This document shows positions 48,709 to 61,555 of a stretch of 64,000 bases of DNA, piece by piece. Every line of letters starts with the position of its first letter. Position 1 is the stretch's first letter. The translations under genes and the position numbers were made by a program. The DNA lies in assembly GCA_002269645.1 (NCBI GenBank), contig NIVC01001474.1, forward strand, positions 1-64,000. Reading direction: 5' to 3'. Below the pieces are notes generated by a model. It ran no database searches, had not been told where the DNA came from, and saw nothing but the letters and a program-made list of their open reading frames with translations. The stretch is from Macrostomum lignano. Taxonomy: Eukaryota.

Positions 48709-49988
48709 TGAGGCGGAAGGCCTTAATTAGTTCAATAGATGGAATGGCAGCGAAGATTCTGCACTGCGTTGCGTGTGTATTTATATGATTATAACAAACA
48801 ATGCAAGATTGAGGGGCCAAGGGAGGTATGAAAAGGTGGCGTGGCTAGCTTGGCGTGCACCTACCCCACCTCAGCTAGACAGAGGTGGGGGGGGTTTCCA
48901 GTGCGGCTGCACTGGTGCTGCCGGTCGCGTAGTCTGGCCACCACACAGCTCCCCCCAGCACCGAGCTAGGCCCCGAACATCGGGTGATAGCCAAGGCCGC
49001 GAGAGTGCCAAGGAGTGGGCGCCGAAAGCTAAGCGCCAAAGACCATGGAGTTGCTGAGGAGCGGGCACCAAAGACCGCATGGGCGCGAGGCGGGTGCCGA
49101 AGGTGGCAGGGGTGCGAGGCGGGCGCCAAAGGTGGCAGGGGTGCAAGGCGGGTGCCGAAAGTGGCAGGGGCGCGAGGCGGGCACCAATGGCAGCAGGGCG
49201 CCGAGCAGGCGCCGATGGCAGCAGGGTGCCGAGCATGCGCTGACGGCAGCAAGGTGCCAGGTGGGCGCCAAAAGCAGCAGGTCGCCGAGCGGGCGCCGAA
49301 GGCAGCAGGGTATCAGGTGGGCGCCGAAGGCAACAGCAGGGCGCCAGGCGGGCGAAAAAGGCAGCAGCAGGGGCGCATGGCCAGACCACACCCACGGCAA
49401 TCGACAGTCAGTTGCCGCCGTGAGCCAGGTCAATGCTCCTGCAGAGGCTGGGGACGTTAGGCTAGTAGCAGCAGTGCAAACCTAAAATTTGCTGCAGCGT
49501 GTGGCGCTGGTTGGTCCAACGCGGGGGCCGAAAGGCAAGACACCAGGAGCTACCGGGGGGCGGGCTGACTTGGCCGATTCGTGCTGCAGGGTACTGCTGT
49601 GCTGCGGAGCTGTTGTGCTGCTGTTGCGGTCGGCCAAGGCAGTTGGCTACCAGGACTGCACAGGGCCAACAAGGTAGGCCCAGCATTCCGCGCTGGGAGT
49701 CGGGCTCACCAATGAGGCGGAAGGCCTTAATTAGTTCAATAGATAGAATGGCAGCGAAGATTCTGCACTGCGTTGCGCATGTATTTATATGATTATAACA
49801 AACAGTGCGAGATTAAGGGGCCAAGGGAGGTGCAAAAAGGTGGCGTGGCGTGGCATGATTGGCTACACCAACCCCCCAGCTTAGCAAGCCAGCTAGCTTG
49901 GCGTGCACCTACCCCACCTCAGCTAGACAGAGGCAGGGGGTTTCCAGTGTGGCTGCACTAGTGCTACTGGTCAGTAGTCTGGCCGCCA
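48709..49988 (-). mobile_element. TRIM-like non-autonomous LTR element (1280 bp)
   Basis: TG..CA direct repeats at 48709-48943 and 49713-49988. 6-bp TSD TAGATT (48703-48708, 49989-49994). PBS-like TGGTGAGCCCGAC at 49699-49711. GGGGGGAG tract near the other LTR. GC-rich non-coding interior. Confidence 0.75.
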
Positions 49989-50810
49989 TAGATTCCAGAT
50001 TACCAAATGCAATTTTGATGCTTTAAAAACCTTGATTGAAAGGTTTATATATATTAAAGCTTTTTTGTTTATCTTTATAGTCTATATATCTCTATCTATA
50101 TAGTCTATATAGATAGAGCACTGCTTTTTTACATAGGACATTCTTTAGAATATTGCCATAGACCAGAATAACAATGGTTAAATATTGTATTTATTTATAA
50201 AAATTGTGTATGCACCTTATTACATTATAAAAAACAATGTCAAGCAACTAGTGCTAGGCATTATTGCCCATTTTGCTAAGTCCCCTAGGCAGATATACAT
50301 AGGGATTTATAGTGGCCTTGAATTTTCAATTGTCTGGCATATACACTTTATTTTGCCTTAGGGCTTGGCCTTTAAAGGTATTAATTTCAAAAGCAGACTC
50401 AATCTAAGATTTTCTTAAGAAACAATTCCTTTTTCAGTTTTATAAATCGCCTTATTTGAGTAAAATTTTCCTAGACAAAGATGCTTGCTATCAGCCTCTT
50501 TCTTCTAAAAGTAACAAAGACCCAACAAAATAAAGCCCTTGAAAAGTTAAGAGACATTCCCTCTAAATTGAAAGCACCCCCCGAAATAGCAAGTATCTCT
50601 AGATAGCAAGCATCCTCCCCCATATACCACATCAGAACTGAAATGTAAAACTCCGATAATATAGTCAACTATACAATAATCACTTTAAAACAAGTAAATT
50701 AATTTAGTGCGAGTAATTAGGGATCAATATTCTAAGAAGTGACAAAATCAAAATAAATATTTAACTTGCTCCATTCCAGCAGTTGCAACCCAATTAACAC
50801 AATTGAAAAT

Positions 50811-53800
50811 ATGCAACGCGGTGAAGTAGAATCGCTGGGCTCATTTGCCAATCAATACTTCATACAAAAGCAACAGTTGCAAGCCAGCAATGCTAGGTCA
50901 CACCTTGAACACCTGTGCCATTTGGATGTGGACTCTGAGCCAGCGTATGTTCGCAATACTGGCATCATTTGCACTATTGGTCCAGCCTGCAAGTCTGTAG
51001 CCATTCTGCACAAAATGATTGCCAATGGCATGAATATTGCTAGGATGAATTTTTTCCCATGGTACACACGAATATCACAGGTGAGAGCTTATGAATTATG
51101 TGCGATGTACACATGTAGATTACAGCCATTGCCAGCTAGAAATATGAAATGAAATTCAAGACAGACTAAAAGTTCAGATACGGGGGCCGTAGCCCAGCGG
51201 TAGCGCAGCTGCTCTGGTGTGCCAGCGACCCAGGCTCGATTCCAAGTGCAGTCACATTAATTTGGGGCTGAATTGGAATCTCGGCTTGGCTCTGCTTGTG
51301 CAATTAACGGCCTTGAGAGCCAACCCCTTAAGGCGCAGTGAAGTGTACATGCCTAACGATAAAATAAAGTCAGGGCCGCTGTACACTCCTGTGTGAGTGT
51401 GTGCCTGCGTACGTATCCGCGCGCTTGTATGCCTGCTCAGGAGAGTCGGCGGAATGGGTAGTAATGCCTCTCGCCGGTTGTGTGCCAGTGTCGCTTAAAG
51501 TGCGCCAGGGTGCACACAATCCCCCTGCCTCTAATAATAAAAAAAGTTCAGATACTGAGATCAGAGATATGACTCTGAGATCAGAGATGGGACTTTGAGA
51601 TGAGAGGTAGGACTCTGAGATCAGAGATAGAGCACTGAGATCAGAGATGGGACTCTGAGATGAGAGATAGAGCACTGAGATCAGTGATGGGGCACTGAGA
51701 TCAGAGATAGGACTCTGAGATCAGAGATGGGGTACTGAGATCAGAAATGGGGTACTGAGATCAGAGATGGGGTACTGAGATCAGAGATGGGGTACTGAGA
51801 TCAGAGATGGGACTCTGAGATCAGAGATGGGGTACTGAGATCAGAGATGGAGTACTGAGATCAGAGATGGGGTACTGAGATCAGAGATGGGGTACTGAGA
51901 TCAGAGATGGGACTCTGAGATCAGAGATGGGGTACTGAGATCAGAGATGGAGTACTGAGATCAGAGATGGGACTCTGAGATCAGAGATGGGACTCTGAGA
52001 TCAGAGATGGGGTACTGAGATCAGAGATGGGGTACTGAGATCAGAGATGGGGTACTGAAATCAGAGATGGGGTACTGAGATCAGAGATGGGACTCTGAGA
52101 TCAGAGACGGGGTACTGAGATCAGAGATGGAGTACTGAGATCAGAGATGGGGTACTGAGATCAGAGATGGGGTACTGAGATCAGAGATGGGGTACTGAAA
52201 TCAGAGATGGGGTACTGAGATCAGAGATGGGACTCTGAGATCAGAGACGGGGTACTGAGATCAGAGATAGGACTCTGAGATAGCGATAGGACAAAGACCA
52301 TGGGATCAAAGATAAACAGATTGAGATCAGAGATAAACAGACTGAGATCACAGAGAAAAAAAAAGACCGAGATCAGAGACAGACAATGGGTTTTTAATCT
52401 TCACTCCCATCGGCAGGCAAACTGTTGAGCTGGTCCGTCAAGCTGCTGAAACCTTCAAGCCATGGAGTCGGCCTGTTGGCATCGCCTTGGACACGAAGGG
52501 CCCCGAGATTCGCACAGGCCTGATCGGGGGCTCTGGGACAGCCGAAGTGGAGCTGGTTCGGGGCGAGCCAATTACGGTCACCATTGACTCTGCGTTTGCT
52601 GAGAACTGCTCAAAGGACACTCTTTGGGTTGATTATCCGAATATTGTTAAGGTGAGTACTGACTACTAGGGTTTGCGATTATCACCTATATTTGATTGAC
52701 GCATTCACTAAGTATTCACTCTTCAGTGACTTATTCACCAACACTCAGGCCCATTCACCAACACCCAGCAGATGCATTCACCAACACTCAGCAGATGCAT
52801 TCACCAACACTCAGCAGATGCATTCACCAACACTCAGCAGATGCATTCACCAACACTCAGCAGATGCATTCACCAACACTCAGCAGATGCATTCACCAAC
52901 ACTCAGCAGATGCATTCACCAACACTCAGCAGATGCATTCACCAAAACTGAGCAGATCCGTTCACCAACAGCAGATTTATTCACCAACAGTCAATGGCCC
53001 CATTCACCAAAATTCAGCCGGCCCATTCACCAACACTCAACAGCATCATTCACCAACACTCAACAGCATCATTCACCAACACGCAACAGCATCATTCACC
53101 AACACTCAACAGCATCATTCACCAACACGCAACAGCCCCATTCACCAACACTCAACAGGCGCATTCACCAACCCTTTCCAGGTGATCAACGAAGGCGGCC
53201 GGGTATTCGTAGACGACGGCCTGATCAGCCTGCTGGTGAAGGAGATTCGCGACAACTCGCTGCTCTGCGAAGTCGAGAACGGTGGCAAGCTGGGGTCAAA
53301 GAAGGGCGTCAACCTGCCGGGGTCGCCTGTGGACCTGCCGGCGGTGTCTGAGAAGGATCGCGAGGATTTGAAATTCGCGGTTGACCTCGGCCTGGACATG
53401 GTGTTCGCCTCCTTCATCCGGAATGCGGATGCCATTCGCGAGATCCGGCATATTCTTGGCGAGGCCGGCAAGAATATAAAAATTATTGCCAAAATTGAAA
53501 ATCACGAAGGCGTTCGACGCTTTGACGAGATTATGGAGGCTGCCGACGGTATTATGGTTGCTAGGGGCGACCTGGGCATTGAGATTCCATCGGAGAAGGT
53601 CTTTCTGGCCCAGAAGATGATGATTGGCAGGTGAGACAGCAGACTTTTAATTGGACTTTTAATCTGATAGATTCTGGTAGGTTTGGTAAAGTAGGTTCTG
53701 GTAGGTTTGGTAAAGTATGTTCTGGTAGGTTTGGTAGAGTGGGTTCTGTTAAGCTTGGTAGAGTAGGTTCTGGTAGCTTGGCATACAGTGCAAGATAAGC

Positions 53801-56295
53801 ACACAGTGCAAGATCAGCACACACAGTGCAAGATCAGCACACACAGTGCAAGTTCAGCACACAGTGCAAGATAAGCACACAGTGCAAGATAAGCACACAG
53901 TGCAAGATCAGCACGCACACAGTGCAAGACCAGCACACACACAGTGCAAGATCAGCACACACAGTGCAAGATCAGCACACACAGTGCAAGATCAGCACAC
54001 ACAGTGCAAGATCAGCACACACAGTGCAAGATCAGCACACACACAGTGCAAGATCAGCACACACAGTGCAAGATCAGCACACACACAGTGCAAGATCAGC
54101 ACACACACAGTGCAAGATCAGCACAAACAGTGCAAGATCAGCACACACACACAGTGCAAGATCAGCACAAACAGTGCAAGATCAGCACACACACTGTGCA
54201 AGATCAGCACACACACTGTGCAAGATCAACACACACACAGTGCAAGATCAGCACACATACAGTGCAAGATCAGCACACACACAGTGCAAGATCAGCACAC
54301 ACACAGTGCAAGATCAGCACACACAGTGCAAGATCAGCACACACACAGTGCAAGATAAGCACACAGTGCACCAACAGCCATAGAATTCCTGCCCCTCACC
54401 ACCTTCACCCGCAGGTGCAACCGGGCGGGCAAGCCTGTGATCTGCGCCACCCAGATGCTGGAATCCATGATCAGCAAGCCCCGACCGACCCGGGCCGAGA
54501 TCTCCGACGTTGCTAACGCCGTACTTGACGGTGCCGACTGCGTCATGCTGTCCGGCGAGACCGCCAAAGGCGACTTCCCGCTAGAAGCTGTCCGGACCAT
54601 GCACCAGGTGTGCCGCGAGGCCGAGTCGGCCATGTACACCAGTCAGCTGTTCGAGGATCTCAAAGCCGAGCTGTTGGAGCCAACAGATATCACTCACACC
54701 ACCGCCATTGCTGCTAGCGAGGCCGCGAACCGATGCCGAGCTGCCGCGATCATCGTGATCACGACCACTGGCAAATCTGCTCAGCTGGTTGCCAGGCACC
54801 GGCCACGCTGCCCCATACTCACGGTGAGCCGCCTGGCGCAAACTTGCCGTCAGGCGCATCTGTGGCGCGGCCTGCACCCGCTGTTCTTTGACGGTGAGTG
54901 AGACTCGGCTTGCCGTTGCTCTGGAAGATTGGATTCTGGTATTTTGGTAGAGTAGGTTCTGGTAGGGTTTGATAGATTAGGTTTTAGTAGCTTTCGTAGA
55001 GTAGGTTCTAGTAGGCTTTGTAGAGTAGGTTCTGGTAGGCTTGGTAGAGTAGGTTCTGGTAGGCTTGGTAGAGTAGGTTCTGATAGGCTTGGTAGAGTAG
55101 GTTCTGGTAGGCTTGGTAGAGTAGGTTCTGGTAGGTTTTGTACAGTAGGTTCTGCTAGATTTGGTAGAGTAGATTCTGGTAGGCGTTTGGCAGAGTAGGT
55201 TCTGGTGGATTTGGTAGAGTAGGTTCTTGTAGGTTTTGTAGAGTAGGTTTTGGTAGGTTTGGTAGAGTAGGTTCTGGTGGGTTTGTTAGAGTAGGTTTTA
55301 GTAGCTTTCGTAGAGTAGGTTCTAGTAGGCTTTGTAGAGTAGGTTCTGGTAGGCTTGGTAGAGTAGGTTCTGGTAGGCTTGGTAGAGTAGGTTCTGATAG
55401 GCTTGGTAGAGTAGGTTCTGGTAGGGTTTGATAGATTAGGTTTTAGTAGCTTTCGTAGAGTAGGTTCTAGTAGGCTTTGTAGAGTAGGTTCTGGTAGGCT
55501 TGGTAGAGTAGGTTCTGGTAGGCTTGGTAGAGTAGGTTCTGATAGGCTTGGTAGAGTAGGTTCTGGTAGGCTTGGTAGAGTAGGTTCTGGTAGGTTTTGT
55601 ACAGTAGGTTCTGCTAGATTTGGTAGAGTAGATTCTGGTAGGCGTTTGGCAGAGTAGGTTCTGGTGGATTTGGTAGAGTAGGTTCTTGTAGGTTTTGTAG
55701 AGTAGGTTTTGGTAGGTTTGGTAGAGTAGGTTCTGGTGGGTTTGTTAGAGTAGGTTCTGGTGGATTTGGTAGAGTAGGTTCTGGTGGATTTGGTAGAGTA
55801 GGTTCTCGTAGGTTTGGTAGAGTAGGTTTTTGTAGGTTTGGTAGAGTAGGTTCTGGTGGGTTTGTTAGAGTAGGTTCTGGTAAATTTGGTAGAGTAGGTT
55901 AAGTAAACTTAGTAGAACAATGCTTGTTGTTCTACTAAGGAATTGAGTTGATCTTCGATTTCAATCCTAAATGGGATTTTCTGTATCCTATTCTTATCGC
56001 CAATTAAGCTCAATTTTATTGTGCACTTTTAAATAAACTTGTCACTCCCCCAGAGACTCGCAGCGACCAGTGGACGGAGGACATGGACAAGCGCATCGAG
56101 TTCGCCATTGCCTACGGTCGGCAGCGCGGCTTCATCAATCGCGGCGACTTTGTCGTCATGGTGACCGGCTGGAAGGCCGGCACCGGCTTCACCAACACCC
56201 TGCGCGTCATCCAGGTCACCGAGGACGGCGAGGGGTCCGGCTCGGTTGCTGGGCCAGACCAAGGCGGTCCGAATATTGCCGCGATTTTCGATTGA
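50811..56295 (+). CDS. PK: Pyruvate kinase, 5 exons (50811-51080, 52417-52651, 53182-53630, 54415-54893, 56054-56295)
   Basis: [17 protein letters not shown](S)[67 protein letters not shown]. Splice phases are consistent. One extra T in the run near 51050 breaks exon 1. Confidence 0.97.
51182..51541 (+). mobile_element. Full-length tRNA-derived SINE in PK intron 1
   Basis: A-box-like TAGCCCAGCGG, B-box-like GGCTCGATTCC, A-rich tail, TSD AAAAGTTCAGATAC (51168-51181, 51542-51555), second copy at 26063. Confidence 0.88.
51550..52290. repeat. 20-bp minisatellite GAGATCAGAGATGGGGTACT (PK intron 1)
   Basis: Direct. Confidence 0.95.
52700..53175. repeat. 23-bp minisatellite CAGATGCATTCACCAACACTCAG (PK intron 2)
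   Basis: Direct. Confidence 0.93.
53680..54370. repeat. PK intron 3 repeats: short GGTAGAGTAGGTTCT block, then ~20-bp CACACACAGTGCAAGATCAG array
   Basis: Direct. Confidence 0.93.
54940..55905. repeat. 24-bp minisatellite GGTAGAGTAGGTTCTGGTAGGCTT with a ~460-bp higher-order duplication (PK intron 4)
   Basis: The variant block GGTAGGGTTTGATAGATTAGGTTTTAG recurs at 54961 and ~55421. Confidence 0.92.
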
Positions 56296-56379
56296 GGATT
56301 GTTGACAAATCTTTTTGGTGATGGTTTTGATTACGTTTTATACTGCTATAATATTAGACGGTGTTAAATTAGGTAGGCT

Positions 56380-57030
56380 ATTAGACAGTCTGTTCTATTA
56401 GGCTATTAGACAGTCTGTTCAATTAGGTCATTAGACAGTCTGTTCAATTAGGCTATTAGACAGTCTGTTCAATTAGGCCATTAGACATTCTGTTCAATTA
56501 GGCTATTAGACAGTCTGTTCCATTAGGCTATTAGACAGTCTGTTCAATCAGGCTATTAGACAGTCTGCTCAATTAGGCTATTAGACAGTCTGTTCAATTA
56601 GGCTATTAGACAGTCTGTTCAATCAGGCTATTAGACAGTGTTCAATCAGGCTATTAGACAGTCTGTTCAATTAGGCTATTAGACCGGCTGTTCAATTAGG
56701 CCATTAGACAGGCTATTCAATTAGGCCATTAGACAGGCTGTTAAATGAGGCCATTAGACAGGCTATTAGACAGTCTGTTCAATTAGGTCATTAGACAGTC
56801 TGCTCAATTAGGCTATTAGACAGTCTGTTCAATTAGGCTATTAGACAGTCTGTTCAATCAGGCTATTAGACAGTGTTCAATCAGGCTATTAGACAGTCTG
56901 TTCAATTAGGCTATTAGACCGGCTGTTCAATTAGGCCATTAGACAGGCTATTCAATTAGGCCATTAGACAGGCTGTTAAATGAGGCCATTAGACAGGCTA
57001 TTAGACAGTCTGTTCAATTTGGCTATTAGT
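56380..57030. repeat. 25-bp minisatellite GGCTATTAGACAGTCTGTTCAATTA
   Basis: Direct. Confidence 0.93.
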
Positions 57031-57604
57031 GTGATTAATCAATTTAGGCTCATTATTATTCTGTACTTGTGTAGTTTCTTCATAGATGAAGTTTTTACAT
57101 TCTAGTGTCTCTATATCTGATTAATTACGTCGTATTTACTAGAACTAGTTTCAGATTAGAAAATTTGATTGTGTTAAAATGTGTAGTCAACTTCTTCAAA
57201 TATTGATTACTTTTTTATTCTAAGTTTGCCGCTAAAATAATTCAATGATGCGAATAATTCAAAGGCAAATTTTTACAAGTTAATTATTACTATTAAAGAT
57301 ACTCCGTAGATTCGGATTTACTAGAACTTTTCAACGTATCGGCAGACCCGGATTCCTGTCCAACTATACAGGTAGTGTATTTTATTTTTTTAAATTCTAA
57401 GTTTAAATGTAACAAGTTTTTTTTCCGAAAAATAATTTCAAAATTAGCATTAAATAAATCAGTTGGACTTTCATCTTACAGAAAATAAAATTTTGAAGAA
57501 TTTTAATGTTTTCGATGCTTTTTTTATGTTCTGAAGTGGATGCTACAGTCCTAAATATTGTAGCTTAATAATGTAGGCTTAAAAAGACAAAATGATCTGG
57601 AGTG

Positions 57605-58160
57605 ACTGGGCACCGCTGGTCAGCAGCACCAGAACTCGACTGATCAGCAGCCTCAGAACTCCATTGCCACTGGTCAGCAGCCTCAGAACTCCACTGCCAC
57701 TGGTCAGCAGCCTCAGAACTCCACTGCCACTGGTCAGCAGCCTCAGAACTCCACTGCCACTGGTCAGCAGCCTCAGAACTCCACTGCCACTGGTCAGCAG
57801 CCTCAGAACTCCACTGCCACTGGTCAGCAGCCTCAGAACTCCACTGCCACTGGTCAGCAGCCTAAGAACTCCACTGCCACTGGTCAGCAGCCTCAGAACT
57901 CCACTGCCACTGGTCAGCAGCCTCAGAACTCCACTGCCACTGGTCAGCAGCCTCGGAACTCCACTGCCACTGGTCAGCAGCCTCAGAACTCCACTGCCAC
58001 TGGTCAGCAGCCTCAGAACTCCACTGCCACTGGTCAGCAGCCTCAGAACTCCACTGCCACTGAGCAGCAGCCTCGGAACTCCACTGCCACTGGTCAGCAG
58101 CCTCAGAACTCCACTGCCACTGGTCAGCAGCCTCAGAACTCCACTGCCACTGAGCAGCAG
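57605..58160. repeat. 30-bp minisatellite CTGGTCAGCAGCCTCAGAACTCCACTGCCA
   Basis: Direct; it produces stop-free ORFs on both strands. Confidence 0.95.
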
Positions 58161-59015
58161 CTTCGAAGATGTCACAATCGACGTCGCTCTGTTGTACACT
58201 GCTGCATTATCCGACACAGGTATCGGTATACAAAGCTGACAGTACGCTGGTATTCACAATCTTAAGCGAGTTAATTTCGATAATACTCGTACACTCGCCA
58301 ATCACTCAGCTCCATTCGTTGTGGCTCTGATAGACCGGCCATTTGGTGCAATGGACAACGTCTTGCAGAAAGTAATAATAAACACGTCTACTGACTTGTT
58401 GGACTTACAAGTACTTGACATTCCGTGCCAATTCAAATTATCTACTGGTATTGCTGACAAACTTCTCAAAAGGACTGATCGATGTTCACTTTTTGCAACG
58501 AGATAGATAATGATTCTGTCAATAACTGAATCTCATGAGAAGGCGCGAAGGTTTCGGATATTCGCTGATGTTCGCCTGGAGCAGGGGCTTGGTACACTTG
58601 TCAATGGCGCAGATTTCGATTTGAGAACTCCCGAATCTTTTCGATTGCTGCTTCCATCTAGGGGGGGGGGGCCGGCATTTGCCTCCTTGGGCTCTTAGGG
58701 TCCAGCGAGGGGTCCGTGTGCTCGTCTAGCATGGATTGAATGTTTGTTCAGTCCAATATCAACTGCCGATAATTCATCACTCGATTACGTTCTGCATGCT
58801 TGTTTGGGTCGATGCTCTCTCGAATCAGCCTCACCAAGATGCCGATTGTGCTCAGGTTGCATGCCAGCATCAGTGGTGTGCACTCGTGTGAGAATCGTGT
58901 CGACACTCCTCCCACCGGCAGAGGTTCTCCACCGCTTGCAAGTCGTCCGCTTCAATCGACTCGATGAGCTCTTCGTCTGTGGGCTCGGCTTGCTCAGAGT
59001 TTTCGAGTGTAAATC
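58160..59015 (-). pseudogene. Disrupted TRPC-like channel N-terminal segment (ankyrin repeat and following helical region)
   Basis: Frame-hopping translation gives EELIESIEADDLQAVENLC, STRFSHECTPLMLACNL (compare TRPC GTRFSHDITPIILAA), VYQA..SHEIQLL and LTRLRL..EYQR..FV. Many frameshifts and stops. Confidence 0.5.
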
Positions 59016-59449
59016 CACAGGTGAAAATAATTTAAACGTCAGGTTAAAATCACTCAGAAACGATAAACCGAAATTTTTGTGTAGTGAGACGCCAGGGAGG
59101 CAACCATATAACCAAATATTTAACCATTCATAAAGTGCCTAATAAGGTTATGAGATGTGTTCTACTGCTTGTGTGCATCGCAAAACCTGGATTTCGGTTG
59201 CCATGGTAACGGTTAAAGACTCGATTAATTGCGATTCGCTATATGGAGATTAAAAGGAGGCCTCGCCCCACCCTACTAACAGTAGACTGAGATAAATGAG
59301 AATCTTCTTTAAACTTTGACTTGCGCACCAGCGACTGCAGCACCTGAGGCTACTTGATGAGTTAAGATGACTTAAACACTTGAGTCTATTTATGCATTTG
59401 TACAGTACGTGTATGTCAGCACAGATCTGTCAGTAGAGGAACGATCAGT

Positions 59450-59895
59450 AGGGGATCTGTCAGTAGGGGATCTGTCAGTAGGGGATCTGTCAGTAGGGGA
59501 TCTGTCTCAGCAGTGGATCTGTCAGTAGGGGATCTGTCAGTCAGTAGGGGATCTGTCAGTAGGGATCTGTCAGTAGGGATCTGTCAGCAGGGGATCTGTC
59601 AGCAGGGGATCTGTCAGCAGGGGATCTGTCAGTAGGGGATCTGTCAGCAGGGGATCTGTCAGTAGGGGATCTGTCAGTCAGTAGGGGATCTGTCAGTAGG
59701 GGATCTGTCAGTAGGGGATCTGTCAGTCAGTAGGGGATCTGTCAGTGGGGGATCTGTCAGTAGGGGATCTGTCAGTCAGTAGGGGATCTGTCAGTGGGGG
59801 ATCTGTCAGTAGGGGATCTGTCAGTCAGTAGGGGATCTGTCAGTGGGGGATCTGTCAGTAGGGGATCTGTCAGTCAGCAGGGTAATGTCAGTAGA
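59450..59895. repeat. 15-bp minisatellite GTCAGTAGGGGATCT
   Basis: Direct. Confidence 0.93.
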
Positions 59896-59919
59896 GGGGA
59901 TCTGCCAGTAGAGCAGATA

Positions 59920-61513
59920 TTCTGCATAATTTTAGAGCTCATCAAGAATAAGCTAGGCCAGACATACTACTTATATTTGATCTCAAGCTCCCCAGCCCCA
60001 CTGTACGCAAGAGCAGCTATACCCAGGCCAGCATTCCAGTCTCACCCGGTTGCCAAAGTGGCAAGAATAACAAACAACTCTCTCTCTCTCTCTCTCCTCA
60101 CGTTGCAGCCCTGCAACAGCGAAACACGAGATGGAGGAGGGCGGGCGTTGATGGCGCACCCAGTCTGAGGCTCGGAGCATTGCTGCAGTTACTGCATAAG
60201 CTGGATCAATTATTGAATGGGGGCCACATTTTGAGAGCTATTCGAGTGTCTGACAGCCCCGCATTAACAATGGAAGCTGCAATAACTGGTGCAGCAATTA
60301 AAACCCAGAATTAATGAGCAGCACAGAGCCGCAGGGGCCACTCATGCGAAGCTCTGAGCCGTTTCGGTTCGCTGATTGTGTTGAATTGAAGTTTCTCTCA
60401 GCAGCCGCTCGAAGCCACTGAGTGCTTCATCTCTATGCCTCATCTGTCAGAGGCTCTCATTGTTCCCGCTTATATTGTGAATTCAACCTTATGAATCTTT
60501 TTATATGCTGTTAAAGGTTCAGAAAAGTTGAATTTCTTTCCTGTCCATGCAGAGTGTTTGCGTATTCGTTGGTTTTTTGGTTTTAATCATAAAATATTGC
60601 TGGGTGGTGTGGCATGTTGCATTAGCAGATGCTATTAAAATGCAGGGCATCGAATGTCAGTGTCAATAATCCTTTTAGGCTGAAAGAATTCAACTCTGTG
60701 TATGTATAACACATTTCTGGCTGCATAACACACACGCCTGCATAACACACACGCCTGCATAACACACACGCCTGCATAACACACACGCCTGCATAACACA
60801 CACGCCTGCATAACACACACGCCTGCATAACACACACGCCTGCATAACACACACGCCTGCATAACACACATGTCTGCATAACACACATGCCTGCATAACA
60901 CACATGTCTGCATAACACACACGCCTGCATAACACACATGCTTGCATAACACACATGTCTGCATAACACACATGCCTGCATAACACACACGCCTGCATAA
61001 CACACACACCTGCATAACACACACGTCTGCATAACACACACGCCTGCATAACACATATGCCTGCATAACACACACGCCTGCATAACACACACGCCTGCAT
61101 AACACACATGTCTGCATAACACACATGCCTGCATAACACACATGTCTGCATAACACACACGCCTGCATAACACACACGCCTGCATAACACACACGCCTGC
61201 ATAACACACACGCCTGCATAACACACACGCCTGCATAACACACACGCCTGCATAACACACACGCCTGCATAACACACACGCCTGCATAACACACACGCCT
61301 GCATAACACACAAGCCTGCATAACACACATGTTTGCATAACACACATGTCTGCATAACCCTATACATGTATGTTAGTAGGTCATCTATCAGTGTTTCAGG
61401 TCTGACGTTAAGGTGATATTCTGCATCATTTAGAAAGTTCATCAAGAATAATCCGAGCCCAGCCCAGCATTTTCAATCTCACCCGGTTGCCAAGTGGCAA
61501 GAATAACAAACAA

Positions 61514-61555
<42 letters not shown>

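Noticed and set aside
50480-50614. 13-bp inverted repeat GATGCTTGCTATC as a small MITE
   Set aside because: No TSD and no second copy in the window.
51182-51255. Functional tRNA gene
   Set aside because: A and B boxes are present but the acceptor stem does not pair; it continues into a SINE body with an A-rich tail and TSD.
58161-58219. Plus-strand mini-exon FEDVTIDVALLYTAALSDT bounded by CAG/GTATC
   Set aside because: No partner exons found, and it overlaps the minus-strand TRPC-like remnant.
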